Below, piece by piece: positions 26,473 to 40,024 of a stretch of DNA of 64,000 nt (the first letter of the stretch is position 1; the number at the start of each line of letters is the position of its first letter). A program made the position numbers and the translations under genes. Source of the DNA: Nymphaea colorata. Lineage: Eukaryota. The notes under the pieces were generated by a model. That model had not been told where the DNA came from. It saw only the letters and a list, made by a program, of their open reading frames with translations, and ran no database searches. The DNA is taken from assembly GCF_008831285.2 (NCBI RefSeq), contig NC_045138.2, positions 20,460,001 through 20,524,000 of the forward strand. Reading direction: 5' to 3'.

Positions 26473-29400
26473 AACAGTTTGTAGCAAACATATTAAAACC
26501 AAAATAAAACAGATTTTGAGACCCTATAAAAGGTTGTATTCATAAACCAGATTACGTAAAAGTAAAACAGATTATGCAATAAAAGTGACCATGTAATGAA
26601 GTACAACTTACTAAAATATCACCTCTTAGAGGTCCTTTGAGGCATTCGTATAGAGCATATATGTGCAAAATAGGTGTTTGTGTAGATGTGGGTGTATGAT
26701 GTATGTGCATGTACTAGAGTGGCATGATATGGGCATAGTTATATGTGTTATCATTACTTAATGTCCATAATATGGTCATTTTATTGGATTGAGTTTCGAT
26801 TGATTCTGCTATGACCATTGGAATCCACCATGTCCATTCATATGTTATTAATTTTTCTAGTTAGTGTCTCTGGAAGTGGCTCAGATTCAAAATTCAAGTT
26901 TGAGAAATCCATACCTCTCAAGGCTGGAGAGAACGAAATCAGTTTTCTGAGCATGACTGTTGGCTTACAAGTAAGTGTTTTTGAAGGCATCTTTTTTATA
27001 TCTTTAGTATTTTATTTTTTTATTTGCAACTTAGTTTGAAGTTTGTCATTCTATAAGTGATGGCTTTCCCATTGTAAACCATTACATGATTTTTACTCAA
27101 AGTAAATGTTTTAACTCTAAATTACTAATCATGAAAAAGACTGATCAGTGATCATGCTTTATAGGATGGCTTTAGGACTTCAAAAGTTTTGGAAATGAGT
27201 CATCATCAATAGATCAAAATAGATTATAGAAGTGATGGCATGTCATACTTATAAATAGGGCAGTATATATCAGTTCTAGGCAAGATAATTTATTGGAAGT
27301 TAAGAAAGAACTGCAGTAGTAAATGATTGTCCTTTGGTAAAAGAAGTGTATGTAAATGCGTGTCTTTTTCCACTAGCTTTTCCTTTTGAACCATGTGGAC
27401 TTGTTAACTTGTCGAATGGTTGCCAGGTTCATACGATTTTAGTTATCTAAAGAGGTCTAATTAGCCAGAGCAATAGAAACAGCATTGCAACATTGTGGGT
27501 TAAACTTTATACTGCATAGCCACAACCATTGTGATATTTTTGAAAACATCATGATATTAACAAAAAAAATGAAGAAAACAAAAAAAAGGAACATATTGCG
27601 ATATTTTGAAAAAAATCGTTAAAAATCAATTTATTGTGATTTTAATTTTCGCATTTTTCATGATTTTCATTTATTTTTATGTTTTTCTACTTTTGTTTCA
27701 TTGTTTTATTTCCTCTTGTTTTAGGTATTTAACATTACTCTTACAAAACTTGTTAGTTTTTTATTGCTTCTATTTTTACCTAACATTTTGATTTTCTATT
27801 TCTATGAAAAACTCCAAGATTTTCCCATGAACAATAACTTTGCCGAAAAATACCTGAGAAAAACTTCTCGTATAAAAACCTGGAAATGATATTTGTGGCT
27901 ATGCTTTATAGAAAGCACCATGTCCCAAGCTCAGACACTGGATTCCCAAGAATAAGCACTTTACTCATAAATATGTTCTTGTTCACTAAAATGAAGATAT
28001 GTTTACAAGAATTGTTTTTTTTTTCACTTTACTAATAACTATGTTCTTGTTCGCTAAAATGGAGATACATATACAGAATTGTTTTTTTTCCTTCATATGA
28101 TACTAATTCTTAACTAAGTACTTATGGGCTATCACACCCCCCTTATACCCCCCTGAAAAATAAGATTTTCAGCAAGAAGCGACTAGACCAACTATCATGA
28201 AATTGGAAACCTAAAACATATACGTAGACATATGTATGTTAATCAACACGCACCAGATGAAAGGCCATGAGATACAATAAGCCTTTGATCTTGAGGTAAA
28301 ACCGTAAAAGATAAGCAGAAAAATGAAAGAAGTTCTTATGGCCATAATAAGTGCTTTAACCTGCATAATCCTTGGCATCATCCTGAAAACTAGGGTTCTA
28401 AAGGAAACTAGGAAAGTGCCCAGGTATCAAACTGAACCTCCAAGAAATAGTAAATAGCACCTCTATGTAAGGTGGAAACAGTGCTGTCATTGCACAGCAT
28501 ATGCGTTGAACTTTGTGTGTTGTACACTTATCAGGCATTTGTTGGTTGCAATCTTTTCTTTATGCTTAACCATTATCTTCAGAAATATCAAACCACAATC
28601 TTATGCTTCAAGGCACTTCTCTTGGCATCTGTAGTCAACTAAGCCAGCTGTTATTCCCATCAAGTCCAGTACTTGGAGTTCGGAAATTATTAACAATTCT
28701 AAATATGACTTGAAAATCTGTATGCTTGTCTAATATGGGTATCAGTGCAGCTGTGGCAAAAACATGGTAACCAGTGAGAATGTGCAGGTTCCCTCTCAAT
28801 TAAAAGATATAGTACCTGTTCTCTTCTTATGCATGGTCATCTGATCGCACATGGCAGAAAACTAAGTTACTTAACAAAACTGTGATACTACGTCTTATAT
28901 ATAAGCAGCTTACAACTTTTACATACTAAATTGATAAATAACTTGTGTAAAGCATATAAGCAGCTTACAACTTTTACATACTAAATTGATAAATAACTTG
29001 CGTAAAGCATTCGAACTGCAGATTGAAACTGTCCAGATTAGATTGCTATGCAGTTGAGTGATGTTCAATGGGGTTCAACATGTTGACTTAATTGCATTCC
29101 CTTTGGCATGTGCATTCCCTTCCTCTGCTACACTTGCATATTTTCTCCACAGTTAGCAAAATTAATATCTTTTGCTTAAGAATTGTCCTTCTCAGATCTC
29201 CTTTCTATAGCTCGAATTTCTTTCACATTCACATGCACATGAACACGGACAATTATTGCCATTACTGTATAAGCTACTTACTACTGCTAGAAAGCTCATA
29301 AAGTGCAATCTTCAAACTTATACATGAGGATAGTCAGTCAGGTATGTAGGTACAAAACTACAAATATGAAAATGTAACATAAACATGTAAGCGCAGCTTG

Positions 29401-32090
29401 GATCCAGTATGATGTTGAAAACGCTTGCAAGATATGGTGTAAGAAACAGCCAACAGGCAATGGACACATGGTGAAAATGTGCAGGGTGCTTGTGTTGAAT
29501 CTAAAATGTGAATATAACTTATGTATGTTGTAAAGAGGTTTATCATTCGTATTAGCTAAATGGTCTTCAAAAGCTTTGGAACATTGCATTGTTGTTCAGC
29601 TACCTGTTCTAGTGCACAACTGTTGGCTCCTTTGAAGAAATTTGTGTTTAATAGTGGATACATGCTTCACTAACTCTTGTTGTTCTTGTCCTCTCCTAAG
29701 AATGCAGGACCATTTTATGAGTGGGTAGGAGCTGGTTTTACCAGTGTCAAGCTTGAGGGATTTAATAGTGGGATACTAGATCTGACATCAAATGTTTGGA
29801 AGTACAAGGTAAAATGAAAAATCATTGTCTTCTTTCTTTAATTAACTCTTTTGAGCTGCAGTTAACTTCATTAAAAAAATGCAACCATGATATTACACTT
29901 TAATTTGACAATGAGAATCAGTTGGACAAAAGGGTTTCGGAATCTGACTGTTATGCAGTTAGAAGTTTTTTCCTGTTCTTATGTTCTGCATCAGGGAGTA
30001 AATATGGAAGAGAGCGAAAAGCAAGAGAATGGAATAATTAAGAATAGTCATGACTCATGGGCATGATCAAATTTTATTTTGTTTATTCATAAGCATTATC
30101 CCTTGAAATTTGACTGAGAACAAAAGGCAACCTACTACCAATCCAAAGCACGGAAGTTGATTTTCTATACTTGAGATATACTGCGACTCTTGATGGGTAA
30201 CAGAAAAGCTATCTTCTTAACATAGATTTAAACTTGACTGCTATCATATACTGCATTTGTGGGCAATGCTAAAAATCCAACAAATGCTTACCTAAAAGTA
30301 TCATGGCTTGTTGTTGACTGATATCTGCAATATAGTTGCTGTAATACAAATTACAGACAGGTTGAGTTGATCCTATAGTTACAAATCAAGAGAACTGGAC
30401 AACCAAAACAGGAGTAAAATTAATCCACTATTTTCTAGACAAAAGTGAGCAGTCTCTCCTTTCGCTTTATCTTTACAATAACATATCCATTGGAACAAGA
30501 AATCCACTTAATATTTGTCACTATATGCATGAATTGTTGCTTCGTACTTCAGCTTAGGGAAGTGTGCCTGTTCTGAAAAATCTTCCCACTAGCTCATTGG
30601 TTCAGTATCAAGTGCTCTGTTGTTCACTTGCTGCTTTGCAGATTTGACCTTTCTCTCTCTGAACACATTGATGTCACATATAGGAAATCAAATTTACGTA
30701 TAGTCTCTGCTATTTCTTATGTATCTTCTTTACAGATTGGGTTGGAAGGGGAACATTTAAATATATTCAAGGAGGACGCGATGCAAAACATGAAATGGAA
30801 ATCAACTACTAATCCTCCAAAGAACCAGACTTTGATATGGTACAAGGTATGATGCTAAATCATGTGATGTGTTTGTGCATGTGTGTAAGATATATGCTTG
30901 TTCAGTATGCAGAATATGTAAGTGCTTGTACGATGCAATTTGCCTGTCTGGTCAAATTTTCTTTTCATACACGTAAATGACTATGATTTTGCCCTTTAAG
31001 ATCTCATGCTATCACTACCTCCAACAATGATGGTCATGATTCTGTTTCTTGTAGATTGTCCGCATGCAAGCACCTAGTTATTCCCACTTCTCAGTGTCAT
31101 TATTGCTGCATACGAGTCTGAATTAGTCAATAGACGTTTTATCAGCCTCCCAATGAGACAATAAAAGCTAACTGAGGCCCTATAATTTTTGTTTTTTGGT
31201 GGGGGGGGTGGGGCACGTGGTTTATGAACTTGGGCAAGCATTAATCTGTCAACCTAGATTTTGGTTTCCACGTTATTTATTTTTTCTTGAAATCAAATAC
31301 CAGGCGATACCTATCAAGAATAGACAGAATTCATCCATTTCAGCCTGTGTTGATTTAATTTAGAAATTGCAAAACATAATAAAAATAACAAAAACCCCTC
31401 TGAAGGTCTATTTGAATTAAGATGCCTGCAACTTTAAGGTCCTTTCAAAACTATCATGTTCTGATCTGGAGGAGGCTGAAAGAACCGTAAGAATTTTCAC
31501 TGGCAAATATATCATATGCTTGATTATAGGAGCCTTGAGTCAACTTATTATAGCTAAAAGCAGAAAGGGCCACCTAGGGGAACTTTGTGGTTGATTCAGG
31601 TTCTTTCCATCAAGTAAACTCAATTGGTATTCTTCCGTCTGCGTGTATCCGTACTGCTGTAATGAGGCAGAACATTCATAAAGTTTGACCACTGGATTGG
31701 TTGAAAACAAAAATAGTTTAACAAATATTAGGAAAATAAATTAATACTTATTGTACGTTTTGTGCGCAAATGCGGCACTCTGTCAAGACAAGGTTGAAAG
31801 CGGACTGTGTTCTGCTCTATTGAAACAAGGAATTGATTTTCAACTTATTTCCTTTCCCTCCCTCAGGATATAAAAGTTTTATAGTTTGCTTCAGCTTGTG
31901 TCGAACGGAGGTTTTTCTTGAGGGCTTAACAGCCTTCCGGCTTTTCGAGTGCTTTCACCGCCACCCACCACTATAAGAAGACTCCTAATTCTGACTGAAA
32001 CAAGTCCATCTCCCAACCAGATTTTGGCATGCTTATCTACAGGGTTTCAGGATCTATTTTCAGAACTCGCCAGGATCTCTCTCTCTCTCT

Positions 32091-32131
<41 letters not shown>

Positions 32132-34081
32132 CAATATTGGCAGCACCAACCTTGCCTCATGCTTACATTGTAAGCTCCAAAAGGATGGCACAAACCACCA
32201 TAAAATGGTGTCGAAGAGAACCCAAAAGGGAATTTTGGATTGACGTGTATAATTCTCACCCCACTTGCCAACTTTGTAGGAGTATATATTTGGAAGTTTA
32301 GTTAATTTCGATCTGAACTGAAGGGAGTCCTCGTGCATCTGACCACATTCATTCATTTTCTATCGAGGTCTCTTTATATGCTCATGCATTTGTTAAGATA
32401 TGCTTTGTCCTACTGAAGAGCAGAGACTTGAATCCGGTCATTTTTCTGAAGAATGCAATTAGAGAAAACCACTGATTCGGTGTAAAAATATCTAATAAAT
32501 TCAGCACTTGCAAGTGTTGACCACATGATTCTTCATTTCCTTGAGAATGCAAGATGAACAGAGAAGGTGCACTTTCGTATGTCTGCTTATTTAAATTGTT
32601 TCCCCTGGTCTGTGGCGTTTTTGGTGCATTATAATTCCCCTGTTATTCAGCAAGCTTATCTAAAGGAAAATAAATCAGGAAAATTTCGATACTGGATGAG
32701 AACAAATTCCCACATATTGCTGTTTCAGCACAATCTTAACCAATACATTATTATACTTTGCAGGCAATTGTAGATGCCCCCTATGGGGATGACCCAGTTG
32801 GTTTGGATATGATAAGCATGGGAAAAGGACAAGCATGGTTAAATGGAGAACCTATAGGGAGATACTGGCCACGAACAAGCTCCATCAATGATAATTGTGT
32901 TTCAGTTTGTGATTATAGGGGGAAATTTCTGCCAGACAAATGTGATACTGGTTGTGGTGATCCTACTCAAAGATGGTACACTTTTCTGTCTTCATCAAAA
33001 CTTCATTTTGTTATTCTTTGGAATTGTTGTGGATCATGCACCAAGTCATTGTGGCATCATAGTTTTCTTAATCTGAAATTTCTATCATGCACAAAGTTTG
33101 TAGAGTTTAGCTACTAATCTTCTGCAGTTAGCAGGTACCATGTTCCACGTTCTTGGTTTCGGCCATCAGGAAATGTTCTGGTGATCTTTGAGGAGAAAGG
33201 TGGAGATCCAACAAAAATTTCATTCTCAAGACGTCGTGTAACTGGTGCCTGTGGGTTTGTCTCCGAGGACTATCCTTCTCTCAAAAATACACTAAAAGAG
33301 CAGAAGAGCAGTAGCAGCAATAGAGCTAGCCTACAATTGATTTGCCCAGATGGTACACATATTTCATCCATAAAGTTTGCAAGCTTTGGCACTCCCACTG
33401 GAAAATGTGGATCCTATAGGCAGGGAGCCTGTCATGATCCTCTTTCAATGACGAGTGTAAAACAGGTGATCACATTTTCTTCAAAATCAAGTGCATGTAA
33501 TCAAACGCAATATACCTTCATGTTCAGAATTCATAGAAATGCTTGAAAGTTGCAATAATCTGTCGAGAGCATGCTTGCACATTTCTTTAAGTCTTTGATT
33601 GCAAATTCATGTTCATAGAAATGCCTAGGATAGTCAATGCATGGGTGATGGGTTCCTATAACTGCTAGTGGATCATTGCAGTCCCTTACAAAGGCATTGG
33701 ATAGAACATTTCAAAGATGATATCAAACTTTGTGTGCATATGCATACACTTACTGCGAGACATGAACTTTTATGTATATTTCTGTTGCGTATCTGCATCT
33801 ATTGTGTGCACATAAAGGAAAGGAGTCATGCCTTTCAATAAATATTTAGCACTTCTGTACAAATCTATACCTCCATCCATGCATGTTAGGAGACGACAAC
33901 TCTACGCATGTTTCTACAAAAATACTGGTGCACTCTGAACTGATAGCAGCTTTTCTCATGGTGTTGCCAGGCCTGTTTGCACAAAAAGGAGTGCAGAGTT
34001 GTGCTATCAACTGGTAACTTCGACATGAATTTATGCCCTAGCTCGGTGAAATCTCTTGCTGTGGAAGCCGTCTGTAGCTGA
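9038..34081 (+). CDS. BGAL10: Beta-galactosidase (GH35), BGAL10-like, with signal peptide and C-terminal SUEL/Gal-lectin domain; 19 exons, about 857 aa
   Basis: Exons: 9038-9229, 9479-9574, 9669-9781, 10246-10312, 10407-10499, 17010-17153, 20770-20858, 21466-21571, 21705-21792, 21933-22051, 22949-23113, 24238-24446, 25906-26015, 26861-26970, 29701-29808, 30736-30846, 32764-32975, 33135-33465, 33971-34081 (2574 nt, in frame). Motifs: [56 protein letters not shown] (acid/base Glu), IWTENWPGW (nucleophile), [41 protein letters not shown]. Family is certain; the BGAL10 subfamily call is from recalled similarity. Confidence 0.95.
11494..11674 (-). repeat. 3' LTR of the copia element (181 bp)
   Basis: Matches 16638-16818 apart from 2 substitutions; TG/CA ends. 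Confidence 0.95.
11682..15907 (-). pseudogene. Disrupted copia gag-pol polyprotein
   Basis: Gag with KLNGSNY..W and Zn-knuckle CSYCGKIGH (15907-15080); protease WMIDSGAS (14991-14548); integrase [40 protein letters not shown] (14529-13645); [26 protein letters not shown] and RNase [19 protein letters not shown] (13712-11682). Interrupted by frameshifts near 15125 and 13680 and a TAG at 14548. Confidence 0.93.
16626..16637 (-). promoter_or_regulatory. Primer-binding site complementary to the tRNA-iMet 3' end
   Basis: Minus strand reads TGGTATCAGAGC directly after the 5' LTR. Confidence 0.92.
16638..16818 (-). repeat. 5' LTR of the copia element (181 bp)
   Basis: Adjacent to the PBS; matches 11494-11674 apart from 2 substitutions. 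Confidence 0.95.
23821..24066. mobile_element. Tourist/PIF-Harbinger-like MITE (BGAL intron 11)
   Basis: Imperfect TIRs GGGGTGCTTG...CAAACCTTCCC flanked by TAA/TTA. Confidence 0.45.
26310..26468. repeat. Perfect 36-bp tandem duplication followed by a (CA)n(TA)n microsatellite
   Basis: tctgaatatgtttggcccaaaatctctcagcgtatg x2 (26310-26381), then the SSR. Confidence 0.9.
27515..27904. mobile_element. CATAG-ended AT-rich MITE in BGAL intron 14
   Basis: TIRs CATAGCCACAA...TTGTGGCTATG around an A/T-tract interior. Confidence 0.6.
28899..29010. repeat. 55-bp tandem duplication
   Basis: atataagcagcttacaacttttacatactaaattgataaataacttg.gtaaagc x2. Confidence 0.9.
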
Positions 34082-34262
34082 TCAACAATTTCAAGCATGC
34101 CCAAGAATTTTCCTCTTTTCACTTCAATAAAGTCAATATTTTATTGGCATTTCATGTCCTGCAGCGAAAGAAGTTGCACACGTGAAGGCCTGCTCTATAG
34201 CCACTTTGATGTTAGGATTTAGTATATCTTCCAATTTAATATATATCATTTTCCTGAGCCAC

Positions 34263-34304
<42 letters not shown>

Positions 34305-34861
34305 GTCATAGGGAAGTCCTCAATGGCAAAAGACTTTCATGCACTGAGCAGGAAACGGGAAACATATGTCAACCAACAAGTTCCTGACTTCAGATACCAC
34401 ATGATTCCATGATACAGTAACCGGCATCAGGATGTGTTCGTAATTATACAGATATCAAAAAATGAAGCTTTAAAGAATAAATTTTGAGAATGACGAAAAT
34501 GTAGGGACTCTCAGCTGATATCAAGGAGAGCAAGGGCCTAACAATTTTTCTACACTCCAAAAAAAACTGGCCTTCTTGCAAAATTGTAAGTTGTTCACAA
34601 TTCCCTGCCGCAAAATACCAGATGAATATAGCTTCTCATAATTTTATGTCAGCAACTGCCAATCAGAAATAAAGTGGAACTGTTTCAGCTCCACAATGCC
34701 AGCTTATGCAAGCTTGTCAAACTCATAAGCTGGAGTCCAAAAAATAAGAAGGTCAGCCCATGGATTGCTAAAGGTTGTTTCCAGCATCTCTGCTTTCAGA
34801 ATGGAGTTTTGACACTAGCTTCTGTCCAACCAAGAATTCTACTCGACATAAAATCTCATGC

Positions 34862-37800
34862 TTAACCTTCTGCCTTTTTGTGAGAGGACTTTCTCTGAGG
34901 AGATTTCTTTTTACAGTACAAATCTGATGGCAATAAAGCCTGCTGCATTGGCAATTCACTCACAAAAAGTACCGTCTGTGCCCAGCCAGCATATTTCCCA
35001 AATTTGCTCACAAAGGCCTCAGATACACGTTGGCATAACTTAGATGTCAGTTTCGCACCCTCGAGCTCTGGTAGAAAATACCTAGTTGCAATCTGATGCA
35101 ATTCAATCAAATGTGAAGTTGTTAGAAACTGATACCACAACTACACACACACATACACACAGAGAGAGATATGAGTAAAGCCAGTTAATTTTAACTGGTC
35201 CTAATAGCTACAGACCTTCCTTCCCTCTCCTCTCTTAAAAGGTGCCAATGGGGTTGACTTTGTTTTGGATTCTAGAACCGAAAGAACCCTCACTAATATA
35301 CCAGGTTATGGAATGAGAAGTTCTTAACCACATGTCATTTATATTACTTACATGCAGCTGCTTTTCCCTTATTCTTTAGATGTTCTTAAAAATCTAACAA
35401 ATCTCTTTCTTATATTAAAAGGGAGGCAAGTGAAACACCATATATAATAGTTTTATTTTCCTCTCATTCCATGGAAATTCACAAGGTATGCTGAAACCAA
35501 AAAAGCTGATTTTATTTCGTTAGTTAATAATTGATTATAATAAGCAGATCCGCTTTTGTTGATTTTAACTTTTCCATCACTTTTTTATTTTCCTATATTT
35601 TCCATAACTTTTTTTTTGTCTATTTCTTTTTCTTTGTTTAATTCATAAGCTGATTTTGATAGCATTTCATAGGTGTGTGCTTAACCCCATTTAGAACAAA
35701 TAAGAGAAAGAGGCTTATTGACCAAATAAATAATCAACATCAATGTGATCATCAACAAGACAAATATAAATTAAAAATTTAAAACCAGCATCACAGAAAA
35801 ATCTCATGATATTTACGAGAAAAATAAGTAAAATCAAAATATCAGGAAAATCTCATGAGATTTTAAAAATTTGGGCAAAAATCATATCTTGTGATTTTTT
35901 AACAATTTATTGATGATATTATTTTTTTTCTAATTTTTAGGATTTTTATTCTTTCTAAATTTGCCAAGATTTTCTCAAAATTTTCCACTGAAAAATACCC
36001 GAGAAAAATATTTCTAATATTTTCTTGAAAATGGTATCTTTGACAATGATTAAAACATTTACCATGTTGTCTCTTTTGTTTTTTCTCTTGAACAACATAA
36101 TACAAACAAAATATGATAGAGAGTAATGGGTTATCGTGATTTAAGATTAATACGTGCAGATGCTTTCAACGTACAAAATAAATTGCAAGTCGCTTATTTC
36201 ATATGAATCATTTAAAGAATGTACAAAATAAATTGCAAGTTGCTTATGTCATATGAATCATTAATGTTGGAAGGAAAATGAGTGTTTGTTGTACCTACAA
36301 ACTGGGTCAACATGGGCCAACTTAAGGTATGAAGACTAAACATCTCATATCAGGAGGGAAAAAGGAATTGAAGATCAAAGTCAGCATCAGGTAGCAATGC
36401 AAGAGCATTGATACCCTTCGAACTTCATATTTTATCAATCCTATCCATTAAAACAATATATGTATCACATCAAAGCGTCCTACATTTATTTCATGCATAT
36501 AATGCATCAACATTTTTATGCATTATATGCATGAAATAAATGTAGGATGCCTTGATGTGTGATGCATACATTGTCTTAATTGTTAGGATTGATAAATATG
36601 GAACTTGAAGAATATCAATGCTCTTGCATGGCAACCGGATGCTGATCATAATCTTCAATTTCTTCTTCCCTCATATGAGACATCTAATCTTCATGTCATA
36701 AGATGGCTCATATCTACCCAAGTCATATAGGCTCATTTTCCTTCCAATATTAATCATTCATGTGAATTAAGCAGTTTATGTACAATTTATTAAGTTTGTA
36801 CATTGAAACCATCTACATGTCTTGATCTTAAATTACAATAGCCCATTAATTTGTGTCATATTTTCCTTGTATTATGTTCTTCAAAAAGAAAACAAAAGAG
36901 AGATTGTTAATTCAGCCTCTTTCTCTTATTTGTTTCGAATGGGGTTTAGCATACACCTACTAACTGTGTAGAGGGACTATGCATAGAAGAGTTGTGTACA
37001 GGAGCTGTGTAGAGGAGTTGTGTTGTGTTGCACTGTGAAGGAGCTGCACAGATTTTCTATGTTTCATGCACACACAAAGGAAAAACTCAAACAACGTTTT
37101 ATGAGGGCATATTTGTCACTTTGAATAACATCCCCTTCTTTTCCATCCCAAGTTATCCATTTTAAGGGGGATTGAAAATAAACCAAAAACTCCTTTCCTT
37201 TCTCTCCTTTCCATTCCTCTCCTCTCAACCATACTTTTACATACTCTTTCATCTGCCTCCTCCATTTCCCTTCATCCAAACACCTTTACCCTATCCTTTC
37301 CTTTTTCATTTATTTCTTTCCATCCAAACAAGGTGTGGGAGAAACTCATTTAACAACAAAATCACCGTGGAGGTAAAATGCTTTAGGAGAATGAAAAACT
37401 CAATAACATCTTAGTATTTCACAATGCGAATGAAAAACTCAATAACATCTTAGTATTTCACAATGCAAGAACACACCAGATTCCTCAAGAAGAACACTAT
37501 AGAGTCATCCGATAGAAATCAATGATATACATTTTCCTTATCTTAGGTCAAAAGCATTAAGGAAACATGCCTTTTCGAAAAAAAGGACCATTTTATACAT
37601 CAAAAGTAGGTCAATGGAAAAAAAAACAAACAAAAAAACACGTTTTTTCACATTTTTTGGTGTTTGTTTTGTTTATTATTGTATTTTTATTTTTGCATCT
37701 TTCACGTTCTATTTTTAGGATTTTTTTCTATTCTTTTAATTCGTCCAAATTTTCCTGAGTTTCCTGAGAAAATAACTCTGTCGCATTATAGACAAGAAAA

Positions 37801-40024
37801 CTTAGCTGTTTAAAACCCATAAATAATATTTTTCACAAATAATAATGGGTTAAAGCATGTCACAAACATGAAACAGCATTAAGATGGATCCAATGGAAGT
37901 CACTTTAGTCCAAAAATAACAGCTGATGCTCAACATTTTCTCTGCAGAGGAAGTTAAAATACCAAAGCTTTAACGGTTACCTGCCATACATGTGTATCAA
38001 CTGGAACAGCTTGATTCTGATCAAGAGAAAAAAGAGCCACACAAGCAGCCACCTTAGGACCTATTCCAGGTAACGTGCACAAGCTTGCCGTAGCCTCTTG
38101 GAGTTCCAACTTTCGAAGAGATGACAGCCACTCTACACCGCCACCAGGTTTTGATAACAAAGCCTTTACTGTGCCAGCTATATAGCGGGCCCTATGATAA
38201 ACAGCATGTTTTTTTGTGTATGTTACAACAAAAATCCTAATTGAACAAATATCAACAACATTTGCAGGATTAAACGTGCAATCCAGAGTGTGAGATCTTA
38301 TCAAGTCTAGGCATAAGAAAAAGAAAAAGAAAAAACTACAGTTGGAACCCAAGCCCTTCCCATAAAATGTGAAATCCAATGTGTGAGATCTTATCAAGTC
38401 TAGGGTGCAAGTAGAAAAAGTAAAATGTTAAGACTAGAACTCATGAAAAAGAAAAAGTCTAGAAATGTTAAGACTAGAACTCATGAAAAAGAAAAAGTCT
38501 AGAGCTCATGAAAAAGAAAAAGAAATTATCATGAACCCAAGTCCTTTAGAGAGAGAGAGTTTTTCCTACAGCCTCCTGATGATATGCAGTTGGTCAATCG
38601 TTAGTTTTGGTCATGATAGCAACCAAAATGCATCATGCTCTTGGAGTTGAAACCAGGGAGCAAAATCCGAAAACAAATGCATCTTTTATATCCCAATTAT
38701 CAAAATGCAGCATTGGCTATTATTGTACTCCTTGGCACCTGCTCCAACAGGCAACAGAGCCTGAGTGTTATAAGACTGGAAACAATCCCAATTTCCAGAA
38801 TGCAGCATTCGCTATTATAATACTCATTGGCTATTTATCCAAACACGCAAGTAGGTTTGCCTGTGAATATGACTTGAAGTATAAAAGGGTCAAGACTGCC
38901 AGAGATCCTAACCAATCAAAGAAACGATCAACATTTAAAAAAGATGCAAACAGCACTTAAAAAGCCTCGAGGAAGCACACCCAACTTGCGCTTTTTTGAT
39001 AAAATAACTGTTCGAGTTTGAACCAGTTTGAACCAGCGGCCTTCAAACTCAAGTCAGCATCACCTTACTCCTCAGTTTCATCATCTGTAGGCTAAGAGTG
39101 TTTGTCGCCTCCTTTCAAATTTCGCTAAACAGAAAATCGTAAATAGACTGACGAAGATCTTACAAACTTCAACTCGTCATCACCAACAAGGCAATAAGAA
39201 TCCAAGATATCAAACCAAATAAGAGCTTTCATCAACAAAAATCCAACTACATACCGGTAACCAAACCCCGCATTCCGCAGTCGCTCTTCGGAGACATGCG
39301 CCAATTCCTCTAAAGAAGGGAATTCGTAGAAATCAAACCCACCAACCGAGCCCAAGGGACTACCAAACGAGGAAAGGTGATCAACCATCTTGGTGATCCT
39401 CCCAATATTGTTATTGGAAGAACAGATGAATTGAAACAGGCACTCTAACGGGTCCTGTCTTAGAACTCGAATACCGGCCACATGTGGAGCCAAAGCTGCG
39501 AACCTAGAATCCGCCTCAACGAAGCCTGCCCACATCTCCTTCGTTGATATCTTAAGATTCAGGTAGTCTATCAGTGCTTTCTCTGCAACAAGGGAGTTGG
39601 TTCTCGAGAAATGTAAGAAGTACCCAACATCGTTGTCGAGCTGTTTGAGCGAGAAGAGATGAGATTTAACAACGCCTGTGAACTGTGAAGGCCCCGTTTG
39701 CTTCCATCTGAAGGTCTGACCGGTGAGGAGCGTGAGGGGAAGGGAGAGCTCAGAACGCTCGACGTTGAGGGGCGTCCATTCGAAGTCGGGGGAGGCCAAG
39801 AAGCCATTCAGGGAAGGAAGATTCTTGTTGGCCTCGCCTGGAGGAGCGGAGAAATGGGGAGCTAAAGCCTTTCTGGTTTTGAGTCTGGCCGGTGGAGAGG
39901 TCGACTGGAGAGAGATTTTGATGGTTCTGGAACTTGCTCGAGAGAGCGATGGGGAATGGCGTGACGGAGGTGGAGGGGTGGAAGAGAGCCGGTTTGCCGG
40001 CTTTACAGGCTTTGGCCTCTTCAT
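34862..40024 (-). CDS. OGG1: 8-oxoguanine DNA glycosylase/AP lyase OGG1; 3 exons, about 403 aa
   Basis: Exons 40024-39255, 38191-37981, 35092-34862 (1212 nt, GT-AG, phases agree). Motifs: ELSLPLTLLTGQTFRW, RVLRQDPLECLFQFICSSNNNIGRI, HhH-GPD LPGIGPKVAACVALFSLD..AVPVDTHVWQIA with catalytic Lys and Asp, FGKYAGWAQ. Basic N- and C-termini are NLS-like. Confidence 0.96.
35670..36959. repeat. Long imperfect inverted repeat (fold-back) in OGG1 intron 2, with about 350 bp inserted in the left arm
   Basis: Perfect 30-bp stem 36478-36507 / 36518-36547 with a 10-nt loop; pairing continues to about 36068/36902 and again at 35670-35715 / 36910-36959. Confidence 0.9.

Noticed and set aside
26262..26545. 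ORFs with YIYIYI repeats (also near 4671, 32093 and 54453-54743)
   Set aside because: Artefacts of TA microsatellites.
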